From Candidatus Omnitrophota bacterium (GTDB lineage: Bacteria > Omnitrophota > Gorgyraeia > Zapsychrales > Fredricksoniimonadaceae): a stretch of DNA of 64,000 nucleotides. The notes beneath the pieces are model-generated. The model had not been told where the DNA came from and made no database searches. It saw nothing but the letters and a program-made list of their open reading frames with translations. The translations under genes were made by a program, and so were the position numbers. Of the stretch, positions 44,721 to 54,937 are shown piece by piece (the stretch's first letter is position 1; every line of letters starts with the position of its first letter). The stretch spans positions 5,844 through 69,843 of the forward strand of contig CAIUQE010000048.1 of the NCBI GenBank assembly GCA_903901225.1. The letters run 5' to 3'.

Positions 44721-47700
44721 CTAAGGTGTAACAGGGCCGGCCTTGTGGTCCGTCGCCAGCATCATGTACATGGCGGGAACAACAAAGAGGGTGAAGAGCG
44801 TGCCTATGGCGATGCCGGTGGATATCACCAGCCCCATATTGAACCGTCCGGCAGCGCCCGCGCCCGACGCAAGGACCAGCGGCATGACGCCAAAGACCAT
44901 GGCCGCGGTGGTCATCAGGATGGGCCGCAGGCGTATCGCGGCCGCCATTTCGACGGCATCGCGTTTGGAGCGGCCCTCTTTGCGCAGGTCATTGGCGAAC
45001 TGCACGATCAGTATCCCGTGTTTGCTGATGAGCCCGATCAACGTCACGAGACCGACCTGGGTGAATATATTCAGGCTGGCACCGCCGATGCCAAGGCTGA
45101 TGAAGATCAACGCGCCGCAGATCGACATCGGGACGCTCACCAGCACGATGAGCGGGTCACGGAAACTTTCGAACTGCGCGGCAAGGGCCAGAAAAATGAT
45201 CAGCAGGGCGAAAAAGAACGTGATGATCAAAGCGCTGGATTCCTTGACGAACTGGCGGGACTGCCCGGCATGATCAAAGGTATAGCCCTGCGGCAGGACT
45301 TCCTGGCCTATCTGCTTGAGTTTCGCCAGTGCTGTCCCGAGCGGGATGCCGGGCATCTGGACCCCGGAAATGGTCGCTGAATTAAGCTGCTGGAAATGGT
45401 TCAGCGACTGGGGCACAACGCTTGTCTTAAAGCTGATGATCGTCGAGATGGGCACGGATGCCCCGCTGGCGGTCGTGATGTAATAATCTTTCAACTGGTC
45501 AGGGTTAAGCCGTTCGCGGCGCATGACCTGCGGGATGACCTTGTAGGACCGCCCTGAAAGGCTGAAATAGTTGACGTACCCGCCCCCCAGCATGGCGCCG
45601 AGGACGCCACCCACGTCGCGCATGGACAAACCTATCTGTGCCGCTTTTTCCCGGTCGATCTGTATCTCGGTCTGCGGCTTGTCGATCTTAAGGTCGGTAT
45701 CAATGAACATGAACAAGCCGCTGGCCCGCGCCTTGTCGAGAAAGGCGGACGAAACTTCGTTGAGCCTGGCGGAAGTATCCGTCGTCCCTATGACGAATTG
45801 CACCGGGAGGCCTTCCCCGCCGCCGGGCAAAGGCGGCGGCAGGAATGCCACCCCGTTAACGCCGGCAATGCCGGCCAGCTTAGCTTGAAGGCCCTGCTGG
45901 AATTGCACGGATGACCGCTTGCGTTCTTCCCAGGGTTTGAGAACAATACCGGCCAATCCGGCATTGAGCCCGCCCAGACCATCGATCTGAAAGATATGTT
46001 CGGTCTCGGGGTAAGCCTTGATGATGTTATATACTTCTTTTGAATAGATCGCGGTCTGTTCCAATGAAGCATTCGGAGCGCCGGTATACATTGAAATGAT
46101 AAACCCCTGATCCTCTTGCGGTGCCAGCTCGCTGTTCGATTTTAAGTACAAAAAGCAGGTGCTGGTCAGGACAATGAGCGCGAAAACAGCTACCACGGGC
46201 AGGTAATTCAAAGTCCCGTGCAGCGTTCTCCGGTAAGCCCCCTGCACGCGTTCGAACTGTTGGTCAATGACCTCCGTGAATGATCTTTTCGCGCCGTGGT
46301 CATGGTGCCGGAGCATCCTGGAACACATCATGGGTGACAATGTCAGGGCTACGGCGGCGGATACGACGACAGCGCCTACCAGCGTGAACGCGAATTCAGT
46401 GAACAAAGCGCCCGTCAATCCGCCCATGAAACCGATGGGGACATAAACGGCCACGAGGACAATGGTCATGGCGATGATGGCGCCTGAAAGTTCACGCGCG
46501 CCCCGCAGCGAGGCTTCCAGCGGCGCGATCCCGTCCTCGATATGCCGGTGGATGTTCTCCACGACAATGATCGCGTCGTCGACCACCAGCCCGATGGCCA
46601 GGATCAGCGCCAGCAGCGTCAGCAGGTTGATCGTGTAGCCGAAAACAAGCATCATGAACAAAGCGCCGATCAGGGACAGCGGCATCGCTATGGCCGGTAT
46701 CACGACGGAACGGATCGACCCAAGGAAAAGGAAAATAACAAGCGTCACGATCAGCAGTGATTCGACCAGGGTCTTGAGGACCTCGTGGATCGAGCTGTTG
46801 ATATAATTGGTCGCGTCATAAATGATCCGTCCTTCGAGCCCTTCGGGTAATTGCGCCTCGACATCGGGGAACGCTTTGCGCACGCCGGCAATGACCGTTA
46901 GCAGGTTCGCGCTCGGGGCCACCTTGATGCCGATGAACACCGCGTTCTCACCGTCAAAAGCGACCGTGGTGTCATAATCCTCGGACCCCAGGGTCACATT
47001 GGCGACATCCCCCAGCCGGACCATGGCGCCGCCGGCCGACTTGATGATGAGCTCCCTGAATTGCTCCACCGAATGCAGGCCGGTGCCCGCGGTAAGGTCT
47101 GCCGTTACCATAAGGCCTCTGGTACGGCCCACTGCCGCGATAAAATCGTTCGCCGCCAGCGCGTTGCTCACATCGACAGCAGTGATACCGCGTGACGCCA
47201 TTTTTTGCGGGTCCAGCCAGGCCCGCAGCGCGAACTGGCGCCCGCCCAGGATCTCGGCGGTCTGCACACCTTCAACTGTTTGCAGTTTGGGCTGGACGAC
47301 CCTGATCAGGTAGTCGGTGATCTTGTTCGTTTCCAGGATCTTGCTGTAAAAACCGATATACATCGAATCCGTAGACTCGCCGACCGCCACCGTGATCGCC
47401 GGCTGCTGGGCTTCTTTGGGCAGCTGGTTGAGCACCGCGTTCACCTTGGTGTTGATCTCGGTCAAGGCCTTGTTAGCGTCGTAATTAAGGCGCAGGTTGG
47501 CCTTGATCACGCTAACGTTCGAGGTGCTTGAGGACGTGAGATAATCGATGCCGCTCGCCTGGGCGATCGAATTTTCCAGCGGCGTGGTGATGAACCCGGC
47601 CACCAGCGCGGGATCCGCCCCGGTGTAGACCGTGGTGACCGTGACGACCGCGTTCTGGGTCTCGGGATATTCTCGCACGCTCAGCAAACTCGCGGCCCTC

Positions 47701-47777
47701 AAGCCCAGCACGAAGATGAACAGGCTGACCACCGTTGCCAGGACCGGGCGTTTGACGAAAATATCGGTAAAATTCAT
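44721..47777 (-). CDS. RND efflux transporter permease (HAE1, AcrB/MexB-like)
   Basis: 1018 aa with a 12-TM RND architecture. N-terminus MNFTDIFVKRPVLATVVSL. Confidence 0.85.
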   Translation of the reverse strand: MNFTDIFVKRPVLATVVSLFIFVLGLRAASLLSVREYPETQNAVVTVTTVYTGADPALVAGFITTPLENSIAQASGIDYLTSSSTSNVSVIKANLRLNYDANKALTEINTKVNAVLNQLPKEAQQPAITVAVGESTDSMYIGFYSKILETNKITDYLIRVVQPKLQTVEGVQTAEILGGRQFALRAWLDPQKMASRGITAVDVSNALAANDFIAAVGRTRGLMVTADLTAGTGLHSVEQFRELIIKSAGGAMVRLGDVANVTLGSEDYDTTVAFDGENAVFIGIKVAPSANLLTVIAGVRKAFPDVEAQLPEGLEGRIIYDATNYINSSIHEVLKTLVESLLIVTLVIFLFLGSIRSVVIPAIAMPLSLIGALFMMLVFGYTINLLTLLALILAIGLVVDDAIIVVENIHRHIEDGIAPLEASLRGARELSGAIIAMTIVLVAVYVPIGFMGGLTGALFTEFAFTLVGAVVVSAAVALTLSPMMCSRMLRHHDHGAKRSFTEVIDQQFERVQGAYRRTLHGTLNYLPVVAVFALIVLTSTCFLYLKSNSELAPQEDQGFIISMYTGAPNASLEQTAIYSKEVYNIIKAYPETEHIFQIDGLGGLNAGLAGIVLKPWEERKRSSVQFQQGLQAKLAGIAGVNGVAFLPPPLPGGGEGLPVQFVIGTTDTSARLNEVSSAFLDKARASGLFMFIDTDLKIDKPQTEIQIDREKAAQIGLSMRDVGGVLGAMLGGGYVNYFSLSGRSYKVIPQVMRRERLNPDQLKDYYITTASGASVPISTIISFKTSVVPQSLNHFQQLNSATISGVQMPGIPLGTALAKLKQIGQEVLPQGYTFDHAGQSRQFVKESSALIITFFFALLIIFLALAAQFESFRDPLIVLVSVPMSICGALIFISLGIGGASLNIFTQVGLVTLIGLISKHGILIVQFANDLRKEGRSKRDAVEMAAAIRLRPILMTTAAMVFGVMPLVLASGAGAAGRFNMGLVISTGIAIGTLFTLFVVPAMYMMLATDHKAGPVTP

Positions 47778-47800
47778 GCGGCCGTTCTCCGTGATAAAAC

Positions 47801-48931
47801 TTATTGGTCGACCGGTTCCGGAGCCGGATCATTCCCCGGCTGGACCTTGTCATTGATGATAACGACACTGCCATTTTTAAGCTTGTGCTGCCCGCTTGAA
47901 ACGACCGTGTCCCCTTCCTTGATGCCCTTGAGGACGCTCAGCTGGTCTCCCCGCGTTTCCCCCACTGTGATAAATGTTTGCCTGGCCTTCAATAGGACGG
48001 CGCCCTTGACGTCTTTCTCTATTGTGTCGACGATATAGACCGTCTCGCCGTAGGGATTGAACGTCACCGCGGTCTGGGGCAATGTCAAATACGGCTTGGC
48101 ATCCCCGGCCTGCACTTCAACGGCGGCGAACATGCCTGGCAGGAGTTCGTGCCCGGAATTAGGGACCGAGGCCTGCACATGGATATTACGCGTGTCCTGT
48201 TCGACTTTGGTATTGATGGCCGTTATCGTTCCGGTAAAAACGCGCCCTGGAAAAGCGTCCGTGGAAACGGTGACTTCCTGACCTATGGCCAGGCGCGAGA
48301 GTTCCTGCTGCGGTAGAAAGAAGTCCGCGTAGATAATATCCAGGGACTGGAGCGACACGATCTTTGTCCCGGCATCCAGATACTGTCCGGGATTGACCGT
48401 GCTTATGCCGAGTTTGCCGCTGAAAGGGGCTTTGATCTTTTTCTTGGCAACGAGCGCGGCCTGCTGGGCCTGCTGGGCCACGCGGCCTTTCAAGTCCGCC
48501 GCATCAGCGTCTACCACCGCCTGGCTCACCGCCTGGATCTCAAATTGTTTCTTGTCGCGTTCATAGACGGACCTGGCGAGTTCCGCCCCGGCTTCAAGGA
48601 CCTGAAGCTGGGCGGTATCCGCTGCCGCGTTCAGGTCAAGCAAAGCATCGCCCGCCGCGACATCCTCGCCGGACCTGAAATGAACCGCCTCCACGACACC
48701 CGCGATCTCATTGGCCACGTCAACGCCCTGCGCGGCGCGCAGGTTACCCACGGCCTTGATGCGCGGTTGCCAGAGCTGCGTCGCGGCCTTGACCGTCGAT
48801 ACGACAACACCCGGAGCCTGCATTGTGGCAAAATGCTGGTTCATCATGTAATTACCGAAAGCAAGGTAGCCAAAAATGCCGCCGAAGATGACACCGGCGA
48901 TCAAAAGCATAAGGAACATTTTTTTAGCCAT
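47801..48931 (-). CDS. RND efflux membrane fusion protein (AcrA/HlyD family)
   Basis: N-terminal TM/lipoyl segment, coiled-coil and beta-barrel region. Sits between the OMF and RND genes. Confidence 0.8.
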   Translation of the reverse strand: MAKKMFLMLLIAGVIFGGIFGYLAFGNYMMNQHFATMQAPGVVVSTVKAATQLWQPRIKAVGNLRAAQGVDVANEIAGVVEAVHFRSGEDVAAGDALLDLNAAADTAQLQVLEAGAELARSVYERDKKQFEIQAVSQAVVDADAADLKGRVAQQAQQAALVAKKKIKAPFSGKLGISTVNPGQYLDAGTKIVSLQSLDIIYADFFLPQQELSRLAIGQEVTVSTDAFPGRVFTGTITAINTKVEQDTRNIHVQASVPNSGHELLPGMFAAVEVQAGDAKPYLTLPQTAVTFNPYGETVYIVDTIEKDVKGAVLLKARQTFITVGETRGDQLSVLKGIKEGDTVVSSGQHKLKNGSVVIINDKVQPGNDPAPEPVDQ

Positions 48932-48935
48932 AGCA

Positions 48936-50441
48936 CTACTCCTTTAATGTTGCCGCTGAGCCCTGGTCGAACGGGTCCCACCAGCCGCCGCCAAGGGCCT
49001 GAAAAAGTGCGGCTGTGTCGGACAGGCGCGCGGCCCGGGCCTGGATCAAGCTGATGCGGGACTGCTGGTACTGGCGTTGCGCGTTCAATAAAAAGATGTA
49101 ATTAACGGCCCCGGCGACAAGTTGTTGGCGGCTCATTTCCAGGGATGCCGCCGCCGCTGATTGCGCGTCAGCCTGGGCTCTGAGGGTCCGGGCGTCAGTC
49201 TCAAGCGCCCGCAGGACATCAGCCACGTTCGCGTAGGCGGCCAGGACCGTCTGTCTGAATTGAGCGTTGGCCGCCTCGAACGCGGCCACGGAAGCCCGGC
49301 GTTGGGCGCGCAGCCGGCCGCCGTTGAAGAGCGGCTGGATAACACCCCCGGCAATGTTCCATACCGTGCTGTTGGGATCGAATAGGTCCGCCGGCCGGCC
49401 GGATTGAAGGCCGTAACTTCCGCTGAGGGTGATCTGCGGATAAAGGCCCGCGCTTGCCACACCGACCCTGGCACTGGCCGCCCGCACCATCGCTTCCGCG
49501 GCGCGGATATCCGGCCGCTGATGCGCCAGGCTGGAAGGCAATGTGACCGGCAGGTCTTCGGGTAACGTAAGCATGGACAGCGTGAAAATAGGCATAGCGC
49601 TCTCATCAGCGGGAAATTTGCCGGCCAGAAGCATCAACTGATGACGGGCCTGGGAAAGTTCCTTTTCAACGGGAGGCACGGACGCCCTGGTTTGTTCAAG
49701 TTGCGCGCGTTGGGCCAACACTTCCGCGCGCGAGGTGCCACCCAATACAACTTGCCGATCAAGCAGGCTTAACTGTTTTTCCTCTGAAATGACAATATCG
49801 TTCAAAGCGGCCAACTGTTCACGTAATGATGCTTCTTTGACCACGGTGGTGACGATATTGGCCGTGAGCGAAAGATAAGCCGCCTCCAACTGGAAGCGCT
49901 GATGGTCGACCTGGGCTTTGAGCGCGTCAAGTTCCCTTTGCCCCCCTCCGAAAATATCGAACGCGTACGTCACGTCCACCGAAGCGTTATGCAGGTCAAA
50001 GATACTGCTTTTTGTGCCCGACGGCTGTCCCGCCGCGGCCGGAGAACTTTTCATCCTTTTCGATGACAAATTCGCGGCGACATCCGGATAATATTCACTT
50101 CCTGTGCGGGTATTGTAATTCTCTAAAGATTCCCGCAGCGTGGCTTCGGCAGCCGACAATGTAGGGTTGCGGGCCATGGCAGTCCTGATAACGAGGTCAA
50201 GGTCCTTCGATCGGAAGACCTTCCACCATTGTGCCTGGATGTTCCCTCCGGATACGAATTTTTGCGTGCCGCCAGTCAGCGCGTCGGTCGTGCCGGGTAT
50301 CGTTGACAAAGGTGTCGACAAGTACGCCACGGGATATCGCAGGTCAGCCGTCCCCTGCGAGGGGCCCGTGACACACCCGCCCAACGCCAGCATCACCGGC
50401 AGCATCAGGGATAACCCCGCGTGGTTGCTGAAATTCTTCAC
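48936..50441 (-). CDS. RND efflux outer-membrane factor lipoprotein (NodT/OprM family)
   Basis: Lipobox LALGGCV. Duplicated coiled-coil/beta halves typical of TolC-like OMFs. Confidence 0.8.
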   Translation of the reverse strand: MKNFSNHAGLSLMLPVMLALGGCVTGPSQGTADLRYPVAYLSTPLSTIPGTTDALTGGTQKFVSGGNIQAQWWKVFRSKDLDLVIRTAMARNPTLSAAEATLRESLENYNTRTGSEYYPDVAANLSSKRMKSSPAAAGQPSGTKSSIFDLHNASVDVTYAFDIFGGGQRELDALKAQVDHQRFQLEAAYLSLTANIVTTVVKEASLREQLAALNDIVISEEKQLSLLDRQVVLGGTSRAEVLAQRAQLEQTRASVPPVEKELSQARHQLMLLAGKFPADESAMPIFTLSMLTLPEDLPVTLPSSLAHQRPDIRAAEAMVRAASARVGVASAGLYPQITLSGSYGLQSGRPADLFDPNSTVWNIAGGVIQPLFNGGRLRAQRRASVAAFEAANAQFRQTVLAAYANVADVLRALETDARTLRAQADAQSAAAASLEMSRQQLVAGAVNYIFLLNAQRQYQQSRISLIQARAARLSDTAALFQALGGGWWDPFDQGSAATLKE

Positions 50442-50992
50442 GCGGCAGACTCCAGTTCTTCGATCATCCTGATCATCGTGTCCTTGATGTTCTTCTTTTG
50501 CGCCAGGCTGTAAGGCGAAAAACCAAGCATCTCAGAAAGCATTAACCCGTCAGATGCCAATGAAATGACCGCCGCGCGCTCTAACGTGAGGCCCGATCCG
50601 GTCAGCTCATTCAAATGGTCGCGATGGGCGTCCTTGAGGCTCTTGAGCAGTTCGGGGTCGTGCGCCGCGACAACGAGAATGGATAGCCCCATCCGGTCGC
50701 GTTTCTTGTCGGGCGCCAGCGCCGTCAGGATACCGGCTTTAAGCAGGCGGCCCTTCCCTTCCTTGATCTTCTCCAGAACGACGGCACGGTCCTTGTAGTA
50801 CTGTTTGACCAGCCGTTCGATCATGGCCTTCAGGAGGCTTTTTTTGGTGGTGAAATGGTACATCAGCCCGCCTTTGCTGACACGGGCTTTCCTGGCGACA
50901 ACGTCGAGCGACATATGGACGGCGCCCATTTCCATGACCACGGCTTCAGCGGCGTCGAGAATAACTTCCTTGCAATTCGGTTTCCTGACCAT
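50438..50992 (-). CDS. TetR-family transcriptional regulator of the efflux operon
   Basis: HTH VHMSLDVVARKARVSKGGLMYHF. Start at ATG 50992 with a ggaga RBS. 4-nt overlap with the OMF gene. Confidence 0.8.
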   Translation of the reverse strand: MVRKPNCKEVILDAAEAVVMEMGAVHMSLDVVARKARVSKGGLMYHFTTKKSLLKAMIERLVKQYYKDRAVVLEKIKEGKGRLLKAGILTALAPDKKRDRMGLSILVVAAHDPELLKSLKDAHRDHLNELTGSGLTLERAAVISLASDGLMLSEMLGFSPYSLAQKKNIKDTMIRMIEELESAA

Positions 50993-51047
50993 AGTGCCTG
51001 TTCTCCATGCATGTCGTGCCTGTTCACGTTCCCGGCACCCGTCAACA

Positions 51048-51076
51048 AGTATACCGACCGGTCGGTATAGTGTCAA
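51048..51076 (-). promoter_or_regulatory. minus-strand consensus promoter TTGACA-N17-TATACT with a 20-bp perfect palindromic operator tataccgaccggtcggtata (51050-51069) in its spacer
   Basis: Read directly on the reverse complement: -35 ttgaca (51076-51071), a 17-nt spacer, -10 tatact (51053-51048). The palindrome is perfect over 20 bp. Confidence 0.6.
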
Positions 51077-51138
51077 GGGCGAAAAAAGATCACAGGCACG
51101 GCTTTTCCGCTGCCGGGACCCTGTGAACATTGGTCCTG

Positions 51139-52980
51139 TTATTTCGTCGCTTCCCCCATGATCTCGATCATTCTTTTCACAAAATCCGCCCGTGATGGCA
51201 ATTCCCCGTCCATCAATTGTGCGCTCTCGTAAAGCTGAAGGGCGCATTTCTTCAGGAGATCATCAGAGGCATTGGCAAGAAAGCGCCGGGAGAGGTTCTG
51301 GATGATCGGATGGTCCACGTTGACCTCCATGATCCGTTTGGATGACCCGACATCCTGCCCCATGAGCTTCATCATGCGCTCCATCTGGCGGTCCATGCCC
51401 TTGTCACTCGAAACCAGTGTCACGGCTGAGTCCACCAAACGCTTTGAAACCCGCACATCCTCGACCTGGTCTTTCAAAGTTTCTTTGAAAAACCCTATCA
51501 GCGATTTGGAAAGGGCATCTTCTTCTTTCTTGTCGGCGCCTTCAAGCTCAATATCGCCCTTGTCGACGGCCTTAAGAGGCTTCTTTTCATACTCGGTGAT
51601 CGAGGGCATGTTGTAGACATCCACGGGTTCAAAGAGGAAAAGCACTTCCATGCTGTGTTTCTTGAAATATTCGAGGTTGGGATTGCCTTCAATTTGAAGC
51701 CGGCTCTCGCCGGTCAGATAATAAATTTCTTTCTGCCCTTCCCGCATCCTTCCAACGTAGCTCTTGAGGGACGTCATCTCCCCGGCCTTATGGAGGGAAC
51801 TTTCGAAGCGCAACAGGTCGATCAGCTTGTCGCGATTGGCAAAATCGGCGTTGATCCCCATTTTGAACAGGGGCCCGAACGCTTTATAGAACGTCAAATA
51901 TTCCTCTTCATTCTTGTTCGCCATCCGCTGGAGCCACTGGATGATCTTTGTCGTCAACGCGGCCCTGATCTTTGTCATCACCGGCGACGCCTGCACCACC
52001 TCGCGGGAAACATTCAACGGCAGGTCCCCGGTATCGATCACGCCCCGGATGAATTGCAGGTGCTCCGGCAGCAGTTCCTTGCAGTCATCCATGATCATGA
52101 TCTTGCGGGCGTATAACTGCACCGTCTTGTGCTGGTGGGTGCGCATCAGCTCAAAGGGAGCTTTTTTGGGAATGAACAACAGGGCCTTGAATTCCGCTCC
52201 CGCGCCTTCAACTGACAAATGCAGGGATGCCAGAGGGTCCTCATAGTCATTGGTAACGAACTTGTAGAACTCGTTACGCTCCTCATCCTTCACATCGGCC
52301 TCGTTCTTGCGCCACAAAGCCTCGACCGTATTGACCTTGTCTTTGCCGACGAATATGGGAAAATCAGCGAAGTTGGAATACTTTTTTATGACCTGTTTGA
52401 TCTTATGTTCTTCAGCGAACTCTTTGGCGTTCTCCTTAAGCTTGAAGGAGATATTGGTCCCGCGTTCTTTTTTATCGATCGCTTCAATCGTGTAGTTGCC
52501 TTCGCCCGTGGATGTCCAGCGATACCCCTGGGATCCGCTGGCGGCATGACGGGTTTCAATGTTCACCTCGTCAGCAACCATGAACACCGAGTAGAAGCCA
52601 ACGCCGAACTGCCCGATAAGGTCACCCGCGTCCTTGCCTTCTTCCTTCATTTTCTTAAAGAAATCCAGGGTTCCTGAGCGGGCAACGGTCCCGATGTTCT
52701 CTGTGAGGTCTTCCCTGGTCATGCCTATGCCATTGTCCTTGATGGAGAAGGTATTCTCCTTGGCGTCGACCAGGATCCTGATCTCCAGCTCCTGTCCCTT
52801 GTCGAGGATGGCCTCATCGGTCAACTGACGGTAGCGCGCCTTGTTCAAGGCATCGGATGCGTTTGAGATCAATTCCCTCAAAAACACTTCGGGATGCGTG
52901 TAAAGGGAATGAATGATCAACTGTAACAATTGTTTCATCTCGGCTTTGTATTCGAATTTTTCCACTGAGCTGCCTTCCAT
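51139..52980 (-). CDS. htpG: Hsp90-family chaperone
   Basis: N-terminal ATPase motifs LQLIIHSLYTHPEVFLRELISNASDAL and GQFGVGFYS. Confidence 0.9.
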   Translation of the reverse strand: MEGSSVEKFEYKAEMKQLLQLIIHSLYTHPEVFLRELISNASDALNKARYRQLTDEAILDKGQELEIRILVDAKENTFSIKDNGIGMTREDLTENIGTVARSGTLDFFKKMKEEGKDAGDLIGQFGVGFYSVFMVADEVNIETRHAASGSQGYRWTSTGEGNYTIEAIDKKERGTNISFKLKENAKEFAEEHKIKQVIKKYSNFADFPIFVGKDKVNTVEALWRKNEADVKDEERNEFYKFVTNDYEDPLASLHLSVEGAGAEFKALLFIPKKAPFELMRTHQHKTVQLYARKIMIMDDCKELLPEHLQFIRGVIDTGDLPLNVSREVVQASPVMTKIRAALTTKIIQWLQRMANKNEEEYLTFYKAFGPLFKMGINADFANRDKLIDLLRFESSLHKAGEMTSLKSYVGRMREGQKEIYYLTGESRLQIEGNPNLEYFKKHSMEVLFLFEPVDVYNMPSITEYEKKPLKAVDKGDIELEGADKKEEDALSKSLIGFFKETLKDQVEDVRVSKRLVDSAVTLVSSDKGMDRQMERMMKLMGQDVGSSKRIMEVNVDHPIIQNLSRRFLANASDDLLKKCALQLYESAQLMDGELPSRADFVKRMIEIMGEATK

Positions 52981-53057
52981 AGATACTGACTCCCTTTTGT
53001 GTTGAATAATTTTAATCCGTGGTTTCCTGATGAATGACCATCATAAATTACAGGCAG

Positions 53058-53086
53058 AATATATCACCGATGAAATTGAGAGGCAA
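53058..53086 (-). promoter_or_regulatory. candidate sigma70-type promoter for htpG (TTGCCT-N17-TATATT on the minus strand)
   Basis: The reverse complement of 53058-53086 reads ttgcct, then 17 nt, then tatatt. Confidence 0.3.
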
Positions 53087-53096
53087 AAGAAAAGAT

Positions 53097-54014
53097 CTAA
53101 AAGCTTTCACCGAATATCCCAAGCAAGGCTTCTTTGACAAGCGGCTGCTGGAACTTAAAACCGGCAGCCAATAATTTTTTCGGGACGACGCGCTGGCTCG
53201 ACAGGACAACACCGGCCATCTCCCCCAATGCCGCGCGCAGGACAAATGAAGGGCAGCGTATCCAGGACGGCCGGCGTAAAGCGGCCCCCAGCGCCACGCA
53301 AAAACCATTCATGGTCAACAGATCAGGCGCAACGCAATTGACCGGGCCTGACATATCGTTATGTGTGATCATGAAAGAACAGGCTGCGGCCAGGTCTTTA
53401 CGTGAGATCCAGGGCATCCATTGACGGCCCGACCCCAGCGGCCCGCCGACGTAGGAACGAAAAGGAATGATGAGTTTGTTCAAAACTCCGCCGCGCCCAA
53501 GGACCACGCCCATCCTGGCCGCAATGACGCGTACGCCATACTCCTTTGCTTCCAAGGCCGCCCGTTCCCATGAGACGCACAGGTCCGCGAGAAAACCTTT
53601 TCCGGGTAACGATGTTTCATCAAGAATAGAGTCGCCCGCATCCCCATAGTAGCCGACCGCGGAAGCGTTGACAAAAACTCGCGGAGGCTTGCGGCACGCG
53701 GCGATCGCGTTAACGATCGCCCGGGTTGGATCCAGGCGGCTGTCACGCAAGATTTGTTTATACGCCGAGGTCCACTCTCGCGCGCTGATATTTTCACCGG
53801 AGAAATTGATCACGGCATCGGCATCTTCAAGGACCGAAACCCACTTGCCCGATGTTTTTCCGTCCCAGGAGACCACGGCCGCTTTGCGGGGCCATGTGGA
53901 CCTGTTTGGCGATGAACTCCGGCTCAACACAAAGATATCATGCTCCTGTGAAAGGAGGAGCTCAACAACAGCTTTCCCGATGAATCCTGTCCCGCCCGCG
54001 ATAACGATCTTCAT
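53097..54014 (-). CDS. TIGR01777-family NAD-dependent epimerase-like protein (YfcH-like)
   Basis: N-terminal KIVIAGGTGFIGKAV. C-terminal DUF1731-like region. Confidence 0.65.
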   Translation of the reverse strand: MKIVIAGGTGFIGKAVVELLLSQEHDIFVLSRSSSPNRSTWPRKAAVVSWDGKTSGKWVSVLEDADAVINFSGENISAREWTSAYKQILRDSRLDPTRAIVNAIAACRKPPRVFVNASAVGYYGDAGDSILDETSLPGKGFLADLCVSWERAALEAKEYGVRVIAARMGVVLGRGGVLNKLIIPFRSYVGGPLGSGRQWMPWISRKDLAAACSFMITHNDMSGPVNCVAPDLLTMNGFCVALGAALRRPSWIRCPSFVLRAALGEMAGVVLSSQRVVPKKLLAAGFKFQQPLVKEALLGIFGESF

Positions 54015-54934
54015 ATTGCCTTATGCCTCCTGAAAGGAGTTACCACAGACAGGTCTTTACGGAGGCGAAGTACGGCCAGCTCTTTCGCCTTGGCCTCAAC
54101 TTCAACTGTAACATCAAGGGAACGCCATTCAACCGGAAAGTCCTTCTTATCAATGTAGTCGTGGTGCCAGCCAGGCTGTTTGGCGCCCCACCCCGACCTG
54201 GGACTGGAGATATGGAACAACGGCTCTCTGTCCCACGTTTGAATGGCCTCAGCCGTTGCCTGCTGGACGCTGAGGCCGTCAGGCAGGCAGCGATGATGAT
54301 GGGCATCATAAACCATGGGGATGCCATTGGCGCGGCAGAAAGGCAATAAGTCCGCCGGTGAATAGGTCCGGTCATCATTCTCAATGGTCAGACGGGAACG
54401 CACGGGTATTTTCAAGCGACGGAGCACCTTTCCCATTCTTTTGAGGGCCGCAGCCTTGTCACCATAGCCGCCGCCCGCGTGGATATTAATCACATCAGCG
54501 CCGATCATCGAGGCAACCTCGGCCTGATAATCAAGCTCCTGGACCGATCCTGCCACAACATCAGCCCTGGGTGAACTTAAAAGGACAAATTGGTCAGGAT
54601 GGAACGTTAAGCGTACATCCAGTTCTGCCGCCTTTTGCCGGCATTGGGAAAGGACCGCTTTAATTTCCTTGACCTCAGGCAGGTCAGCGATCTTATAACC
54701 GGCTTCAGGATGAGTTTTTAACGGCCATAACCGGCTGTTGACGCGAAAACAGCCGATCTTGTTCGCTCCACAAAATATGATCGCCGCGAACAACGCGCGC
54801 GCGTTCGCCAGGCAAAGGGCTGATAATCTGGCAAGCTGTTGCGCTCGCGGCAACTTCCCGATATATGTCGCCGTCGTCGTCCTGAATTTTATGGGTTGGT
54901 CGATAAAGAGACAGCACAGGCCCAGCCTTACCAT
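54011..54934 (-). CDS. uvsE: UV-damage endonuclease
   Basis: N-terminal RLGLCCLF motif and TIM-barrel UVDE pattern (HPDQFVLLSS, NIHAGG). Confidence 0.7.
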   Translation of the reverse strand: MVRLGLCCLFIDQPIKFRTTTATYIGKLPRAQQLARLSALCLANARALFAAIIFCGANKIGCFRVNSRLWPLKTHPEAGYKIADLPEVKEIKAVLSQCRQKAAELDVRLTFHPDQFVLLSSPRADVVAGSVQELDYQAEVASMIGADVINIHAGGGYGDKAAALKRMGKVLRRLKIPVRSRLTIENDDRTYSPADLLPFCRANGIPMVYDAHHHRCLPDGLSVQQATAEAIQTWDREPLFHISSPRSGWGAKQPGWHHDYIDKKDFPVEWRSLDVTVEVEAKAKELAVLRLRKDLSVVTPFRRHKAI

Positions 54935-54937
54935 GGT

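Noticed and set aside
44499-45380. 293-aa plus-strand ORF rich in Arg/His/Asp/Gly antisense to the RND permease gene
   Set aside because: This is the typical GC-rich antisense artefact. It has no RBS, low-complexity composition, and is wholly contained in a strongly supported AcrB-family gene.
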